A stretch of DNA of 64,000 bases from Bacillota bacterium (GCA_021799275.1 JAJZAT010000001.1:161431-225430); one strand, 5' to 3'; counted from the stretch's first letter, positions 53,316 through 62,817 are shown. Notes: generated from the sequence alone by a model not told the origin. Translations and numbers: made by a program.

Positions 53316-55037
53316 TTGCGCTTTTACATCTTCGGTCTGACCGCCCTGGTACTGGCCGACCTGCTTCAGCTGATCACGCCGCAGATCCTGCGCCTGTTCG
53401 TCAACACGGTGACAGGGCCCGACGCGACCATGCCGAAGCTGCTTCCCTATGCGATCGCGATGGTGGTTGCCGGCCTCCTCATTCTGGTGCTGCGCTTTTT
53501 CTGGCGCACGAACTGCTTTGGTGCGTCGAGGCGCATCGAGTACCGGCTGCGGCGCAAGCTGTTCGTGCACCTGACCGGACTCTCCGCGAACTTCTACAAC
53601 CACCACAAGGTGGGTGACCTGATGGCGCACGCCACGAACGACGTGCAGTCCGTGCGCATGTCGTTCGCCATGGGCGTGGTGGCCTCCGTGGACTCGTCCT
53701 TCCTGATCATCTCGACGATCATCATCATGTTCAGCGCCATCTCCCCCTCCCTCGCGCTCTTCGCCCTGCTGCCGCTGCCGCTCTCGGGCATCGTCGCCGG
53801 CAGCCTCGGCAAGGTGATCCACCGCCGTTTCATCAAGGTGCAGGCGGCGTTCGCCGACATGACCGACGACGTGCAGGAGAACTTCTCCGGCATCCGGGTC
53901 GTCAAGGGCTTCGCGCAGGAGGAGCCGGAACGCGGCAAGTTTATCGCGAGAAGCCAGGCCTACGTCCGCCGCAACATGGAACTCGTGCGCGTCTGGGGCC
54001 TCTTCGACCCTCTTGTCGACGCCATCGGCGGCATCTCCTTCGCCATCGCCACCGCCTACGGCGGCTACCTGGTGCTGCTCGGCCATCTCCAGCTCGGCGA
54101 GTACGTCGCGTTTCTCTACTACCTGGGTCTCTTGCGCGGGCCGATGGCCGGCGCCGGCTGGGTGATCAACGTCCTGCAGCGCGGGGCAGCCTCCATGGAG
54201 CGCCTCAACCGAATCTTCGCGGTCACGTCGGACATCAGGGAGCGGGAGGATGCCATCGCCCTGCCCAGGCCGCGTGGCCAGGTCTCCGTGCGCAACCTCA
54301 CCTTCCGCTACGCCGAGGGACTGGCCCCGGCGCTCGAAGGCGTGAGTTTCGACCTTCAGCCGGGTCAGACGCTCGGCGTGATCGGACCGATCGGCAGCGG
54401 CAAGTCCACCCTGGCCAACATCCTGATGCGCATGTACGAAGCGCCTGCCGGTAGCGTCCTGCTGGACGGACAAGACATCCAAAACCTGCGCATCGAGGAT
54501 CTCAGGGCCGCGTACGGCTACGCATCGCAGGACGCCTTCCTGTTCTCCGAGACCATCGCCGACAACATCGCTTTCGCGAAGCCCGACGCCAGACGCGGCG
54601 AGATCGTGCGCGCAGCGGAGGAGGCGGCGGTGCACGACAACATCGTCGAGTTCCCGCAGGGCTACGACACGCTCGTGGGCGAGCGCGGCGTCACCCTCTC
54701 CGGCGGCCAGAAGCAGCGCGTCGCCATCGCTCGCGCCCTTGTCCAGGATCCGCCCGTGCTGCTCCTGGACGACAGCCTCTCGGCGGTCGACACCCAGACC
54801 GAGGCGGAAATCCTGGCCGCCCTGCGCCGGGAGCGCCAGGGACGCACGAACATCATCATCGCCCACCGCATCTCCGCCATCTCGCACGCCGACCTGATCT
54901 TGTTCCTCGAGGGCGGCAGGGTCGTCGAGCGCGGCCGCCACCAGGATCTCCTGCGCCTTGGCGGACGCTACAAGGAGCTCTACGACCGCCAGCTCCTCGA
55001 GGAGCGCATCCAGCACCGCGCAGAGGAGGGAGCCTAG
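53316..55037 (+). CDS. ABC exporter, fused permease/ATPase (YheI/MdlA-like); the 5' end is probably upstream
   Basis: GPIGSGKST, LSGGQKQR, VLLLDD and a 6-TM domain. TTG at 53316 is the first canonical start, but homology-like sequence continues upstream (see finding). Confidence 0.9.
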   Translation: MRFYIFGLTALVLADLLQLITPQILRLFVNTVTGPDATMPKLLPYAIAMVVAGLLILVLRFFWRTNCFGASRRIEYRLRRKLFVHLTGLSANFYNHHKVGDLMAHATNDVQSVRMSFAMGVVASVDSSFLIISTIIIMFSAISPSLALFALLPLPLSGIVAGSLGKVIHRRFIKVQAAFADMTDDVQENFSGIRVVKGFAQEEPERGKFIARSQAYVRRNMELVRVWGLFDPLVDAIGGISFAIATAYGGYLVLLGHLQLGEYVAFLYYLGLLRGPMAGAGWVINVLQRGAASMERLNRIFAVTSDIREREDAIALPRPRGQVSVRNLTFRYAEGLAPALEGVSFDLQPGQTLGVIGPIGSGKSTLANILMRMYEAPAGSVLLDGQDIQNLRIEDLRAAYGYASQDAFLFSETIADNIAFAKPDARRGEIVRAAEEAAVHDNIVEFPQGYDTLVGERGVTLSGGQKQRVAIARALVQDPPVLLLDDSLSAVDTQTEAEILAALRRERQGRTNIIIAHRISAISHADLILFLEGGRVVERGRHQDLLRLGGRYKELYDRQLLEERIQHRAEEGA

Positions 55038-57125
55038 GTGTCCGTTCAGGACTTCCGCGAGGAGAACGCGATCGGCAAGGCCTACGACGGGCGCCTGGTG
55101 CGGCGCCTCCTGCGCTACACGAGGCCCTACTGGGTCGCCATCGTGGCCTCGGCGCTGCTGATCGGCTTCGTGACCTCCGCGGATCTGGCGCCGCCGTACC
55201 TCTCCGCGATTGCGATCGACAGCTACATCGGCGGCCTCTCGCAGCCGATGGCGGCCTTCAGCCCCCAGGCGGCACCCAAGGGCGCCGTGATCTACGACGG
55301 GCAGGCCTACGTGCGGCTGGCAAACCTCCATCAGGCGTATCACGGCACGCTCTACAACATCGACAAGGCGCCGAACGGCACCGAGTATCTCGTCCAGGGC
55401 ATCGTGCAGGGCAAGACACCCAATTGGCGCCATGGCGCCTGGACGCTCGGCGGACGGACGCTCAGGGCCACCCCGCTCTCGACCGCGGCCCTCAGCCGCT
55501 TCCGCCAGCAGGACGTGCACGGCCTCCTGATGCTGGGCCTGATCTACGCCCTGGTCGTGATCGTGGCGTTCGCGGCCAACTACCTCCAGACGTACATCCT
55601 GCAGTGGACCGGCCAGATGATCGTGTTCGACATCCGCAAGCAGCTCTTCAGCCACATCGAAGGCATGCACCTGCAATACTTCGACCGCAACCCCATCGGA
55701 CGCCTCGTCACTCGCTGCACGAACGACACCGAGGCCCTCAACGACGTCTACACGTCCGTCATCGTCAACATCTTCAAGGATCTCTTCCTGCTCGTCGGGG
55801 CGATGGTGATCATGTGGGAGATGAACCACTTCCTCGCCCTCGTCGGCTACGCCATCATCCCGCTCCTGATCGTCGCTACGATCATCTACACGAACTACGC
55901 CCGCGACGCCTACCGCACGGTCCGCATCTACCTGGCGCGCCTGAACGCCTTCCTCTCGGAGAACTTCTCCGGCATGCGCGTGGTGCAGGCCATGCGCCAG
56001 GAGCTGCGCCAGCAGCGCCGCTTCGACCAGGACAACACGGGCTACCTGCGCGCTGGCATCCGCGAACTGACGATTTTCGCCGTCTTCCGCCCGACGATGA
56101 ACTTCTTCTACAACCTGACGGCGGCGGCCCTGATCTGGTGGGGCGGCGGCACCGTAATCGAGCATATCGTCGCGTTCGGTGTGCTCTACGCCTTCATCGG
56201 CTACGCGCAGCAGTTCTACCAGCCGATCAACGACATGGCCGACAAATACCAGATCATGCAGGCGGCCATGGCCGCGTCCGAACGCATCTTCCAGGTGCTC
56301 GACACGCCGCAGGAGGTCCTGGACACCAAGGAGCCGGTCGCCCTCGAGCGGCCTCTCAAAGGCGAGATCCGCTTCGAGCACGTCTGGTTCGCCTATAGCG
56401 GCGAGGAGTGGGTCCTGAGGGACGTGGACTTCGCGGTGGAGCCTGGACAGACCGTGGCATTCGTAGGCGCCACGGGCGCGGGCAAGTCCAGCATCGTCAA
56501 CCTGATCGGCCGCTTCTACGACGTGCAGCGCGGCCGGGTGCTGGTCGACGGCCGGAATGTGCGCGAAGTGGGGCAGAAGGAACTCAGGCGCACGATCGGC
56601 ATGGTCCTGCAGGACGTCTTCCTGTTCGCCGGCAACGTGCGGGACAACATCCGCCTCGGTGACGACATCCCTGCGGACATGGTCGAGCAGGCGGCACAGC
56701 ACGTCCACGCCGACACCTTCATCGACCGGCTGCCAGGGCGCTATGACGAGGAAGTGCGGGAGCGCGGCGCGACCTTCTCGGCCGGCCAGCGCCAGCTGAT
56801 CGCCTTCGCCCGCGTCCTGGCGCACGACCCGGAGGTGCTGGTGCTGGACGAGGCGACCGCCAGCATCGACACCGAGACGGAAGCGCTGATCCAATCCGCG
56901 CTGGAACGGGTCTCCGAAGGACGCACGACGCTCATCGTCGCCCACCGTCTTTCGACGATCCGCCACTGCGACCAGATCTTCGTCCTGAACCATGGCCGCA
57001 TCGTGGAGCGCGGCACGCACGAGGAGCTCCTCGCCCGGCGCGGCCTCTACTGGGACCTCTACCGCCTGCAGTACCGGGGCGGGCCGGAGGAAGGCCAGTT
57101 GGCGGACGGCGCCGCAAGCGACTGA
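55038..57125 (+). CDS. ABC exporter, fused permease/ATPase (YheH/MdlB-like) with a long first extracytoplasmic loop
   Basis: GATGAGKSS, FSAGQRQL, VLVLDEA. GTG follows GGAGGGAG. About 100 extra residues lie between TM1 and TM2. Confidence 0.9.
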   Translation: MSVQDFREENAIGKAYDGRLVRRLLRYTRPYWVAIVASALLIGFVTSADLAPPYLSAIAIDSYIGGLSQPMAAFSPQAAPKGAVIYDGQAYVRLANLHQAYHGTLYNIDKAPNGTEYLVQGIVQGKTPNWRHGAWTLGGRTLRATPLSTAALSRFRQQDVHGLLMLGLIYALVVIVAFAANYLQTYILQWTGQMIVFDIRKQLFSHIEGMHLQYFDRNPIGRLVTRCTNDTEALNDVYTSVIVNIFKDLFLLVGAMVIMWEMNHFLALVGYAIIPLLIVATIIYTNYARDAYRTVRIYLARLNAFLSENFSGMRVVQAMRQELRQQRRFDQDNTGYLRAGIRELTIFAVFRPTMNFFYNLTAAALIWWGGGTVIEHIVAFGVLYAFIGYAQQFYQPINDMADKYQIMQAAMAASERIFQVLDTPQEVLDTKEPVALERPLKGEIRFEHVWFAYSGEEWVLRDVDFAVEPGQTVAFVGATGAGKSSIVNLIGRFYDVQRGRVLVDGRNVREVGQKELRRTIGMVLQDVFLFAGNVRDNIRLGDDIPADMVEQAAQHVHADTFIDRLPGRYDEEVRERGATFSAGQRQLIAFARVLAHDPEVLVLDEATASIDTETEALIQSALERVSEGRTTLIVAHRLSTIRHCDQIFVLNHGRIVERGTHEELLARRGLYWDLYRLQYRGGPEEGQLADGAASD

Positions 57126-57766
57126 TGCGCGTCGAGACGGGCCGCATCCTCCGCATCCTGGCCGAGACCTACCCGGACGCCGAGTGCGCCCTCTTGCACA
57201 CGACGCCTTTCGAACTGCTGGTCGCGACGATCCTCTCCGCCCAGTGCACCGACGAGCGCGTCAACATGATCACGCCGCGCCTCTTCCCCCGCTACTCTGG
57301 CCCCGAGAAGATGCTCGCCCTGTCGGAGGACGAACTCTCGGACCTCATCCACGACTGCGGCCTCTTCCGCGCGAAGGCGAAGAACATCCTCGCCACCAGC
57401 GAGGCGCTCCTGGCCCGTCACGGCGGGGAGGTGCCCGCCCGCATGGAGGACCTCGTCGCGTTGCCCGGCGTCGGGCGCAAGACCGCGAACGTCGTCCTGG
57501 CGAACGCCTTTGCCGTACCTGCGATCGCCGTCGACACCCACGTCTTCCGCGTCGCGCGCCGGCTCGGTCTTGCCAAGGGCGACACGCCGGAAAAGGTGGA
57601 ACTGGAGCTTCGTCGCCGCATCCCGCGCAGGAACTGGTCCCAGGCGCACCACTGGCTAATCTGGCATGGACGCCGGATCTGCCACGCCAGGTGGCCGGAA
57701 TGCCCTCGCTGCCCCTTGCGGGACTGCTGTCTCGCCTACCGCACCGGTGCGGTGGAGTACAGATAG
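57125..57766 (+). CDS. nth: endonuclease III
   Basis: HhH-GPD LVALPGVGRKTANVVL, catalytic K/D context, and a 4Fe-4S cluster C-x6-C-x2-C-x5-C (CHARWPECPRCPLRDCC). Confidence 0.9.
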   Translation: MRVETGRILRILAETYPDAECALLHTTPFELLVATILSAQCTDERVNMITPRLFPRYSGPEKMLALSEDELSDLIHDCGLFRAKAKNILATSEALLARHGGEVPARMEDLVALPGVGRKTANVVLANAFAVPAIAVDTHVFRVARRLGLAKGDTPEKVELELRRRIPRRNWSQAHHWLIWHGRRICHARWPECPRCPLRDCCLAYRTGAVEYR

Positions 57767-57779
57767 GGAGGATTCAGAC

Positions 57780-59003
57780 ATGGCGTTCGACCCCCGTGCG
57801 TTCAGAAGCCTCTTCCCCGCCCTCTCTCTCACCGTGAACGGTCATCCCGCCGCGTTCTTCGACGGCCCCGGCGGCAGCCAGGTGCCCGAGGCCGTGATCG
57901 CGGCGCACCGCGACTACTATGTCTCGCGCAACGCCAATACGCACGGCCAGTTCGAGACGAGCCGCCTCGCCGACGAAACGGTGGAGGAGGCAAGGCGCGC
58001 GGCAGCCGCCCTGCTCGGGGCCGAAGGACCCGAGGCGATCTCCTTCGGGCAGAACATGACGACCCTGAACTTCGCCCTGGCGCGGGCGATCGGCCGCACC
58101 CTCAAGCCGGGCGACGAAGTCGTCGTCACGGAACTCGACCACGATGCCAACGTGGCCCCGTGGCTCAGTCTCGAAGAGCGCGGCATAAGCATCCGCTGGT
58201 GCCCGGTGCGGCTCGACAGCTGCACCCTCGACATGGACGCCATGCGGACCCTGATCGGGCCAAAGACGCGGCATATCGCCGTCGGCTACGCCTCGAACGC
58301 GATCGGCACGGTGAACGATGTCGCGGAAGTGGTGCGGCTAGGCCACGCGGCAGGGGCCACGGTCTCGATCGACGCGGTGCACTTCGCGCCGCACGCCCTG
58401 ATCGACGTGCAAAAACTCGGTTGCGATTTCCTGCTCTGCTCCGCCTACAAGTTCTTCGGCCCGCACGTCGGCATCCTCTACTCGCGCCCCGGCCTGCTCG
58501 ACGAACTGCCGACGGACCGCGTCCGGCCTCAGGACCCCACCGCCCCCACCCGCATCGAGACCGGCACCTTGAACCACGCGGCGCTCGCAGGCACGACGGC
58601 GGCGATCGAGACGATCGCCGCGCAAGGGGAAGGACCGGATCTGCGGGCCTGCATCGCGTCCGCCTTCGCCGCCATCTACCCCTATGAGCATGGTCTCGCG
58701 GGCAGGCTCTGGCGCGGTCTTGGCGGTATTCCCGGCGTCGCCCTGTACGGCCCGGAGGTCTCGGATGGGCTGCGGGCGCCCACGGTCTCCTTCCGCATCC
58801 AGGGCCAGGACCCGGCCACGGTGGCCAGGCGGCTTGGCGAGCGGGGCTTCTTCGTCTGGGACGGCGACTTCTACGCCGTCACCCTGATCGAGCGCCTCGG
58901 TCTCGCGGACCGGGGCGGCGTCGTGCGCGTCGGCATGGCGCCCTATATCCTTGCGGAAGAAGTCGACGCCCTGCTCGGCGCGGTGCGGGAGATCGCGGGC
59001 TAG
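57780..59003 (+). CDS. class V aminotransferase / cysteine desulfurase family protein
   Basis: FFDGPGGSQVP...HDANVAPW...SIDAVHFAPH...CSAYKFFGPHVG (PLP-Lys). GGGAGGA lies 7 nt upstream. Confidence 0.85.
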   Translation: MAFDPRAFRSLFPALSLTVNGHPAAFFDGPGGSQVPEAVIAAHRDYYVSRNANTHGQFETSRLADETVEEARRAAAALLGAEGPEAISFGQNMTTLNFALARAIGRTLKPGDEVVVTELDHDANVAPWLSLEERGISIRWCPVRLDSCTLDMDAMRTLIGPKTRHIAVGYASNAIGTVNDVAEVVRLGHAAGATVSIDAVHFAPHALIDVQKLGCDFLLCSAYKFFGPHVGILYSRPGLLDELPTDRVRPQDPTAPTRIETGTLNHAALAGTTAAIETIAAQGEGPDLRACIASAFAAIYPYEHGLAGRLWRGLGGIPGVALYGPEVSDGLRAPTVSFRIQGQDPATVARRLGERGFFVWDGDFYAVTLIERLGLADRGGVVRVGMAPYILAEEVDALLGAVREIAG

Positions 59004-59017
59004 ACCCGCAGGGGCCA

Positions 59018-59049
59018 GGGCCCTTCCCGCCCGCCGGCGGGAAGGGCCC
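59018..59049 (+). terminator. rho-independent terminator
   Basis: GGGCCCTTCCCGCC-cgcc-GGCGGGAAGGGCCC, a 14-bp stem followed by TTCGTATT. Confidence 0.7.
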
Positions 59050-59055
59050 TTCGTA

Positions 59056-59085
59056 TTGCTCGGCTTGCGGGATCCATGGTAGGAT
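59056..59085 (+). promoter_or_regulatory. putative promoter TTGCTC-18-TGgTAGGAT (extended -10)
   Basis: Located 25-55 nt upstream of the ABC ATPase start at 59110. Confidence 0.4.
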
Positions 59086-59109
59086 CGGCGCTACATCTAT
59101 AGGGAGGTC

Positions 59110-60063
59110 TTGGCCATGCTGGCAGTGCGTACGGAGGGCCTTCGCAAGGTCTTCGAGCAGCGCAGGGGACGCGAGCGGTCGAGCCACGTCGCCGTGGCCG
59201 GCATCGACCTCCAGATCGAGCAGGGCGAGGCCGTCGCCTTTATCGGCCCGAACGGAGCGGGGAAATCCACCACGATCAAGATGCTGACGGGCATCCTGCA
59301 CCCGAGCTCCGGCTCGGCCGAGGTGCTCGGCCTCGTGCCCTGGCAGCAGCGCCAGCGCCTCGCGCTGCAGATCGGGACCGTATTCGGCCAGCGCTCACAG
59401 CTCTGGTTCCACCTCCCGGCCGGTGACACGCTGCGCCTCCTCGGTGCCATCTACGAACTGCCCACCGACGTCGCGCGCTGGCGCAGCGAGGAGCTGGCCG
59501 AGCGCTTCGCCCTCAGGGAGCTTCTCACGGTGCCGGTGCGCAAGCTCTCGCTCGGCCAGCGCATGCGCTTCGAGATCGCCGCGAGCCTCCTGCACCAACC
59601 CCAGGTGCTCTTCCTCGACGAGCCGACCGTCGGGCTCGACGTCATCGCCAAGGCGGAAGTGCGCGAAGTGATCCGCGAGGCCAACCAGGGCGGCGCCACC
59701 GTCTTTCTCACGAGCCACGACGCCGGCGACATCGAGTCGATCGCGCGCCGCGCCATCGTCATCGACCATGGCGCCATCGTCTTCGACGGCAAGGTGTCGA
59801 GCCTAAGGCGCCAGTGGCTGACGGACAAGGTGGTGGAGCTGCGCTCGGAGGAGGAGGTGACGCCGCCCGAGATGCCGGGCGTCGTCGTCGAGAAGGCCTC
59901 GCGCTACGGCCTGCGGCTGCGCTTCTCGGCGCAGGATCTGCCGGTGCGGCAGGTGGTCGCGGACCTCTTGGAGCGCTACCCCGTCTACGACATCACGATC
60001 TCGGACCCGCCGCTCGAGTCGGTGATCGCGGCGATCTACCAGCGGGAGGCGACGAGGCCATGA
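59110..60063 (+). CDS. ABC transporter ATP-binding protein (ABC-2 system)
   Basis: GPNGAGKST, LSLGQRMR, VLFLDEP. Confidence 0.9.
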   Translation: MAMLAVRTEGLRKVFEQRRGRERSSHVAVAGIDLQIEQGEAVAFIGPNGAGKSTTIKMLTGILHPSSGSAEVLGLVPWQQRQRLALQIGTVFGQRSQLWFHLPAGDTLRLLGAIYELPTDVARWRSEELAERFALRELLTVPVRKLSLGQRMRFEIAASLLHQPQVLFLDEPTVGLDVIAKAEVREVIREANQGGATVFLTSHDAGDIESIARRAIVIDHGAIVFDGKVSSLRRQWLTDKVVELRSEEEVTPPEMPGVVVEKASRYGLRLRFSAQDLPVRQVVADLLERYPVYDITISDPPLESVIAAIYQREATRP

Positions 60064-60854
60064 GGGCGGGACGCAAGGTCTGGGCCGTAGCCTCCGCCTA
60101 CGCCCGCAGCATCTGGGCCTATCCGGCGGCGGAGGCGCTGCGCACCATCTTCCTGGTCGTGATCCTGATCGTCTTCCTCGAGCTCTGGCGCACCACGTAC
60201 AGCACCATGGGCACCGGTGTCCTGGGGGGCCTGAGGCTGCCGCAGATGCTTGAGTACCTCGCCGGCACCGAGGCGATCGTGCTCTCGGCCCCGGCCTTCG
60301 CCGACCGCATCGGCGACGACGTCCGCACAGGAGGCCTCGCGGTGCAGCTGACGCGCCCGGTCTCCTACGTCGCCTTCCAGTTCGCGGTGGCCGCGGGCGA
60401 GAGCTGGCCCCGCCTCCTCTTGAACCTGGCCGTCGGCACTCTGGTCGTCGCTCTCGCCACCGGCTCCATGCCGGTAGGACCGGCGGGGATCCTCGCCTAC
60501 CTCGTCGCCTACGTGCCCGCCTTCCTGCTCTATGCGTCCCTCTTCCTGGCGCTCGCCTTGACGAGCTTCTGGCTCGAGGACGCCTGGGCGGTCACCTTCC
60601 TCGCCTCCCGGTCCGTGATGATCCTCGGCGGCATGCTGGTACCGCTATCGCTCTTCCCGCCCGTGCTCGCGAGAATCGCGCGGATCCTGCCGCTCCAGCT
60701 CATGGTCTACGGCCCCGCGCAGCAGCTCGCGCATCCGTTCCAGGGCTTCGCGTCCCTCATGCTGCAGGAGGCCCTGTGGCTCCTCGTCCTCTTCTCGCTG
60801 CTCGCCTTCGTCTACCGGAAGGGGGTGTCGGCGCTCCATGTCCACGGCGGATAG
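60060..60854 (+). CDS. ABC-2 family permease (DUF990-like)
   Basis: ATGA overlap with the ATPase gene, and a 6-TM pattern (MRAGRKVWAVASAYARSIWAYPAAE...). Confidence 0.75.
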   Translation: MRAGRKVWAVASAYARSIWAYPAAEALRTIFLVVILIVFLELWRTTYSTMGTGVLGGLRLPQMLEYLAGTEAIVLSAPAFADRIGDDVRTGGLAVQLTRPVSYVAFQFAVAAGESWPRLLLNLAVGTLVVALATGSMPVGPAGILAYLVAYVPAFLLYASLFLALALTSFWLEDAWAVTFLASRSVMILGGMLVPLSLFPPVLARIARILPLQLMVYGPAQQLAHPFQGFASLMLQEALWLLVLFSLLAFVYRKGVSALHVHGG

Positions 60855-61629
60855 GCGCCGCTTCTGGCCCAGGCTGATGCTCACGGCCATGCGGGCCCAG
60901 CTCGCGTACCCCACCGCCTTCTGGCTCACCGTCCTCGCGATGGTGCTGAACGACGGCGTCTGGCTCGCCTTCTGGTGGCTCTACTTCTCGCGCTTCCCGG
61001 TGATCCACGGCTGGCGCCTCGAGGACGTCGCGGCGCTCTGGGCGATCAGCGCCTCCGCGCTCGGCATCGTCCAAGGCTTCGGCGGCAACCTCACCCGTCT
61101 CGCGCGGCTGATCATGCAGGGAGAGCTCGACGTCTACCTCTCGCTGCCGAAGCCCGCCCTGCCGCATCTGCTGCTGAGCCGCGTCAATGTCGCGAGCCTG
61201 GGCGACGTCCTCTTCGGACCGCTCGTCTTCCTCGCCTTCCTGCACCCTTCGCTCGCGCGCCTGGGGCTCTTCCTGCTCGCCGTGGTGCTCGCGGGGGCCA
61301 TCTTCCTCGCCTTTCTCCTGCTGCTGCACACCATGGCGTTCTTCCTCGGCCGCGCCGACCTGCTGGCGGACCAGGTGACAATCAGCATGATCACGTTCAG
61401 CACCTATCCGAGTCCGATTTTCCAGGGCGGGTTGCGCCTCGTCCTCTTTACCCTGCTGCCCGCAGGCTTCATCAACACCATGCCGGTCTCGATCCTGCGC
61501 TCGCCGGACCCGCGCTTCATCGCGGGCGCCGCAGCGTTCGCGCTACTTCTCGGCCTCCTCGCGCTCCTCGCCTGGCGTCAGGGCCTCAGGCGCTACGCCT
61601 CGGGCAACCTCTTCCAGGCACGGCTGTGA
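60838..61629 (+). CDS. ABC-2 family permease (DUF990-like)
   Basis: 6-TM pattern, paralogous in layout to the preceding gene. Confidence 0.75.
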   Translation: MSTADRRRFWPRLMLTAMRAQLAYPTAFWLTVLAMVLNDGVWLAFWWLYFSRFPVIHGWRLEDVAALWAISASALGIVQGFGGNLTRLARLIMQGELDVYLSLPKPALPHLLLSRVNVASLGDVLFGPLVFLAFLHPSLARLGLFLLAVVLAGAIFLAFLLLLHTMAFFLGRADLLADQVTISMITFSTYPSPIFQGGLRLVLFTLLPAGFINTMPVSILRSPDPRFIAGAAAFALLLGLLALLAWRQGLRRYASGNLFQARL

Positions 61630-61690
61630 CGTGCCGCCTCGCCGCCGCATAACCTGACTACAGTACCTGGCGTCGGGGAGGCGGCATCGC

Positions 61691-62122
61691 ATGTGGCCAA
61701 GGCATGATGCGTCCGCCAACGTCCGGCCTTTCTACCTGCACCGCATCGTCGACGCTTCTGGCGTGAGCGGCACCGGGATCGTCGCGGTGGGGGCGGTGCT
61801 GCCCTCAGGCAAGGCCGTGCTCGAATGGCGCTCGCGCTGGAAGACCATCACCGTGTTCGAGTCGGTCGATCAGATCGTGCGCATCCACGGCCACGGCGGC
61901 AGGACGCAGTTGCACTGGGGCGACCCGCCGCAGGAGTCTCGGCTGCCCGCCTGGGTGTTGGCCTGGCAGGCGCTCGCCGCCTCCCGGGCACTCCCGCCCG
62001 CTCCACAACTGCCTTGCCCCACACCTGAACGTCCCAGCGCCGGGCAGGGGTCCAAGGCGAGGGATCTCTACGCCGCGGTGCGTATGCGCCTCGTCGACAG
62101 CGTGCAGCGGCGGCTCGGGTGA
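61691..62122 (+). CDS. hypothetical protein (conserved-looking N-terminal ~80 aa, Pro/Ala-rich tail)
   Basis: FYLHRIVDASGVSGTGIVAVGAVLPSGKAVLEWRSRWKTITVFESVDQIVRIHGHGGRTQLHW resembles small actinobacterial/phage-associated proteins from memory. GGGGAGG SD. Confidence 0.5.
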   Translation: MWPRHDASANVRPFYLHRIVDASGVSGTGIVAVGAVLPSGKAVLEWRSRWKTITVFESVDQIVRIHGHGGRTQLHWGDPPQESRLPAWVLAWQALAASRALPPAPQLPCPTPERPSAGQGSKARDLYAAVRMRLVDSVQRRLG

Positions 62123-62338
62123 TCGCCACCCAACCCTTCGCGGATCAGGATACCGCGGCAGGCTGCTCACGCCACAACCGTGCGGCGCCCTCCACGTTGA
62201 CGAGGAGCGCCGTGATTCGTCTTTCGGATGCAGGGCCAACCGGCTCCCTCGCAAATCTAAACGGATTTCAAGCGTCCGCATCCTTATGGGCTTCATGTGA
62301 AACCCACCGCGCGCGAGGTGTCTCCTGCACCGGATGCT

Positions 62339-62626
62339 TCAGCCGGCCCTGCTGAGCAGCAGTATCCCTCCGATCAGGACGAAGGCGACGCCGGCACCCT
62401 TCTGGATGTAGCGCAGAGGGATGACCCTTGTCAGCGCGTCGCCGAAGACGACACCGATCAACGAGGACAGCACAAGTGCGAGACCGGCGGCGATGAAGAT
62501 CAGCAGCGGCGCACGCGTGCGCGCGGCGAGCACCATCGTCGTGAGCTGGGTCTTGTCGCCGAGCTCAGCCAAAAACACAAGGCCAAAGGTGACGGCGAAG
62601 GCCTTGAGGTCCAAGAACGTCCCCAC
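62339..62626 (-). CDS. UPF0016 (GDT1/TMEM165) family half-size cation transporter
   Basis: FLAELGDKTQL, a single E-x-G-D-K-T repeat. 95 aa and 3 TM segments. Confidence 0.85.
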   Translation of the reverse strand: MGTFLDLKAFAVTFGLVFLAELGDKTQLTTMVLAARTRAPLLIFIAAGLALVLSSLIGVVFGDALTRVIPLRYIQKGAGVAFVLIGGILLLSRAG

Positions 62627-62817
62627 CTTCCGGGTGCAGACTATGCCGCCGAATGGTGTTGGTAGAAGAAGGTGGTCCCAGGCGTTCAGAGCAGGTCAGC
62701 GCTCGGCGAGTTGCACGGCCGGCCGAGACATGCCGGACGCCTAGTCGGCGAAGGCCATGGATGGACGAGCCTTCGAGGAGTAGCCTGTGCGTGGAGACAT
62801 TTCCTGGGGGTGACGCC

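Noticed and set aside
53301-57020. 1239-aa ORF on the minus strand, the largest ORF in the window
   Set aside because: It is exactly antisense to the two ABC exporter genes, which carry unmistakable Walker/signature motifs. Its translation is R/D/E/G/H-rich with no recognisable motif. This is the typical open antisense frame of a high-GC genome.
62771-62817. yybP-ykoY (Mn2+) riboswitch suggested by GAGGAGUAGCC upstream of the 62818 membrane protein, near a UPF0016 gene
   Set aside because: Only about 45 nt separate the motif from the ATG, far too short for the four-helix riboswitch. The conserved UUGACA/AGAGACC 3' half is not seen. The minus-strand leader of the UPF0016 gene lacks the motif altogether.
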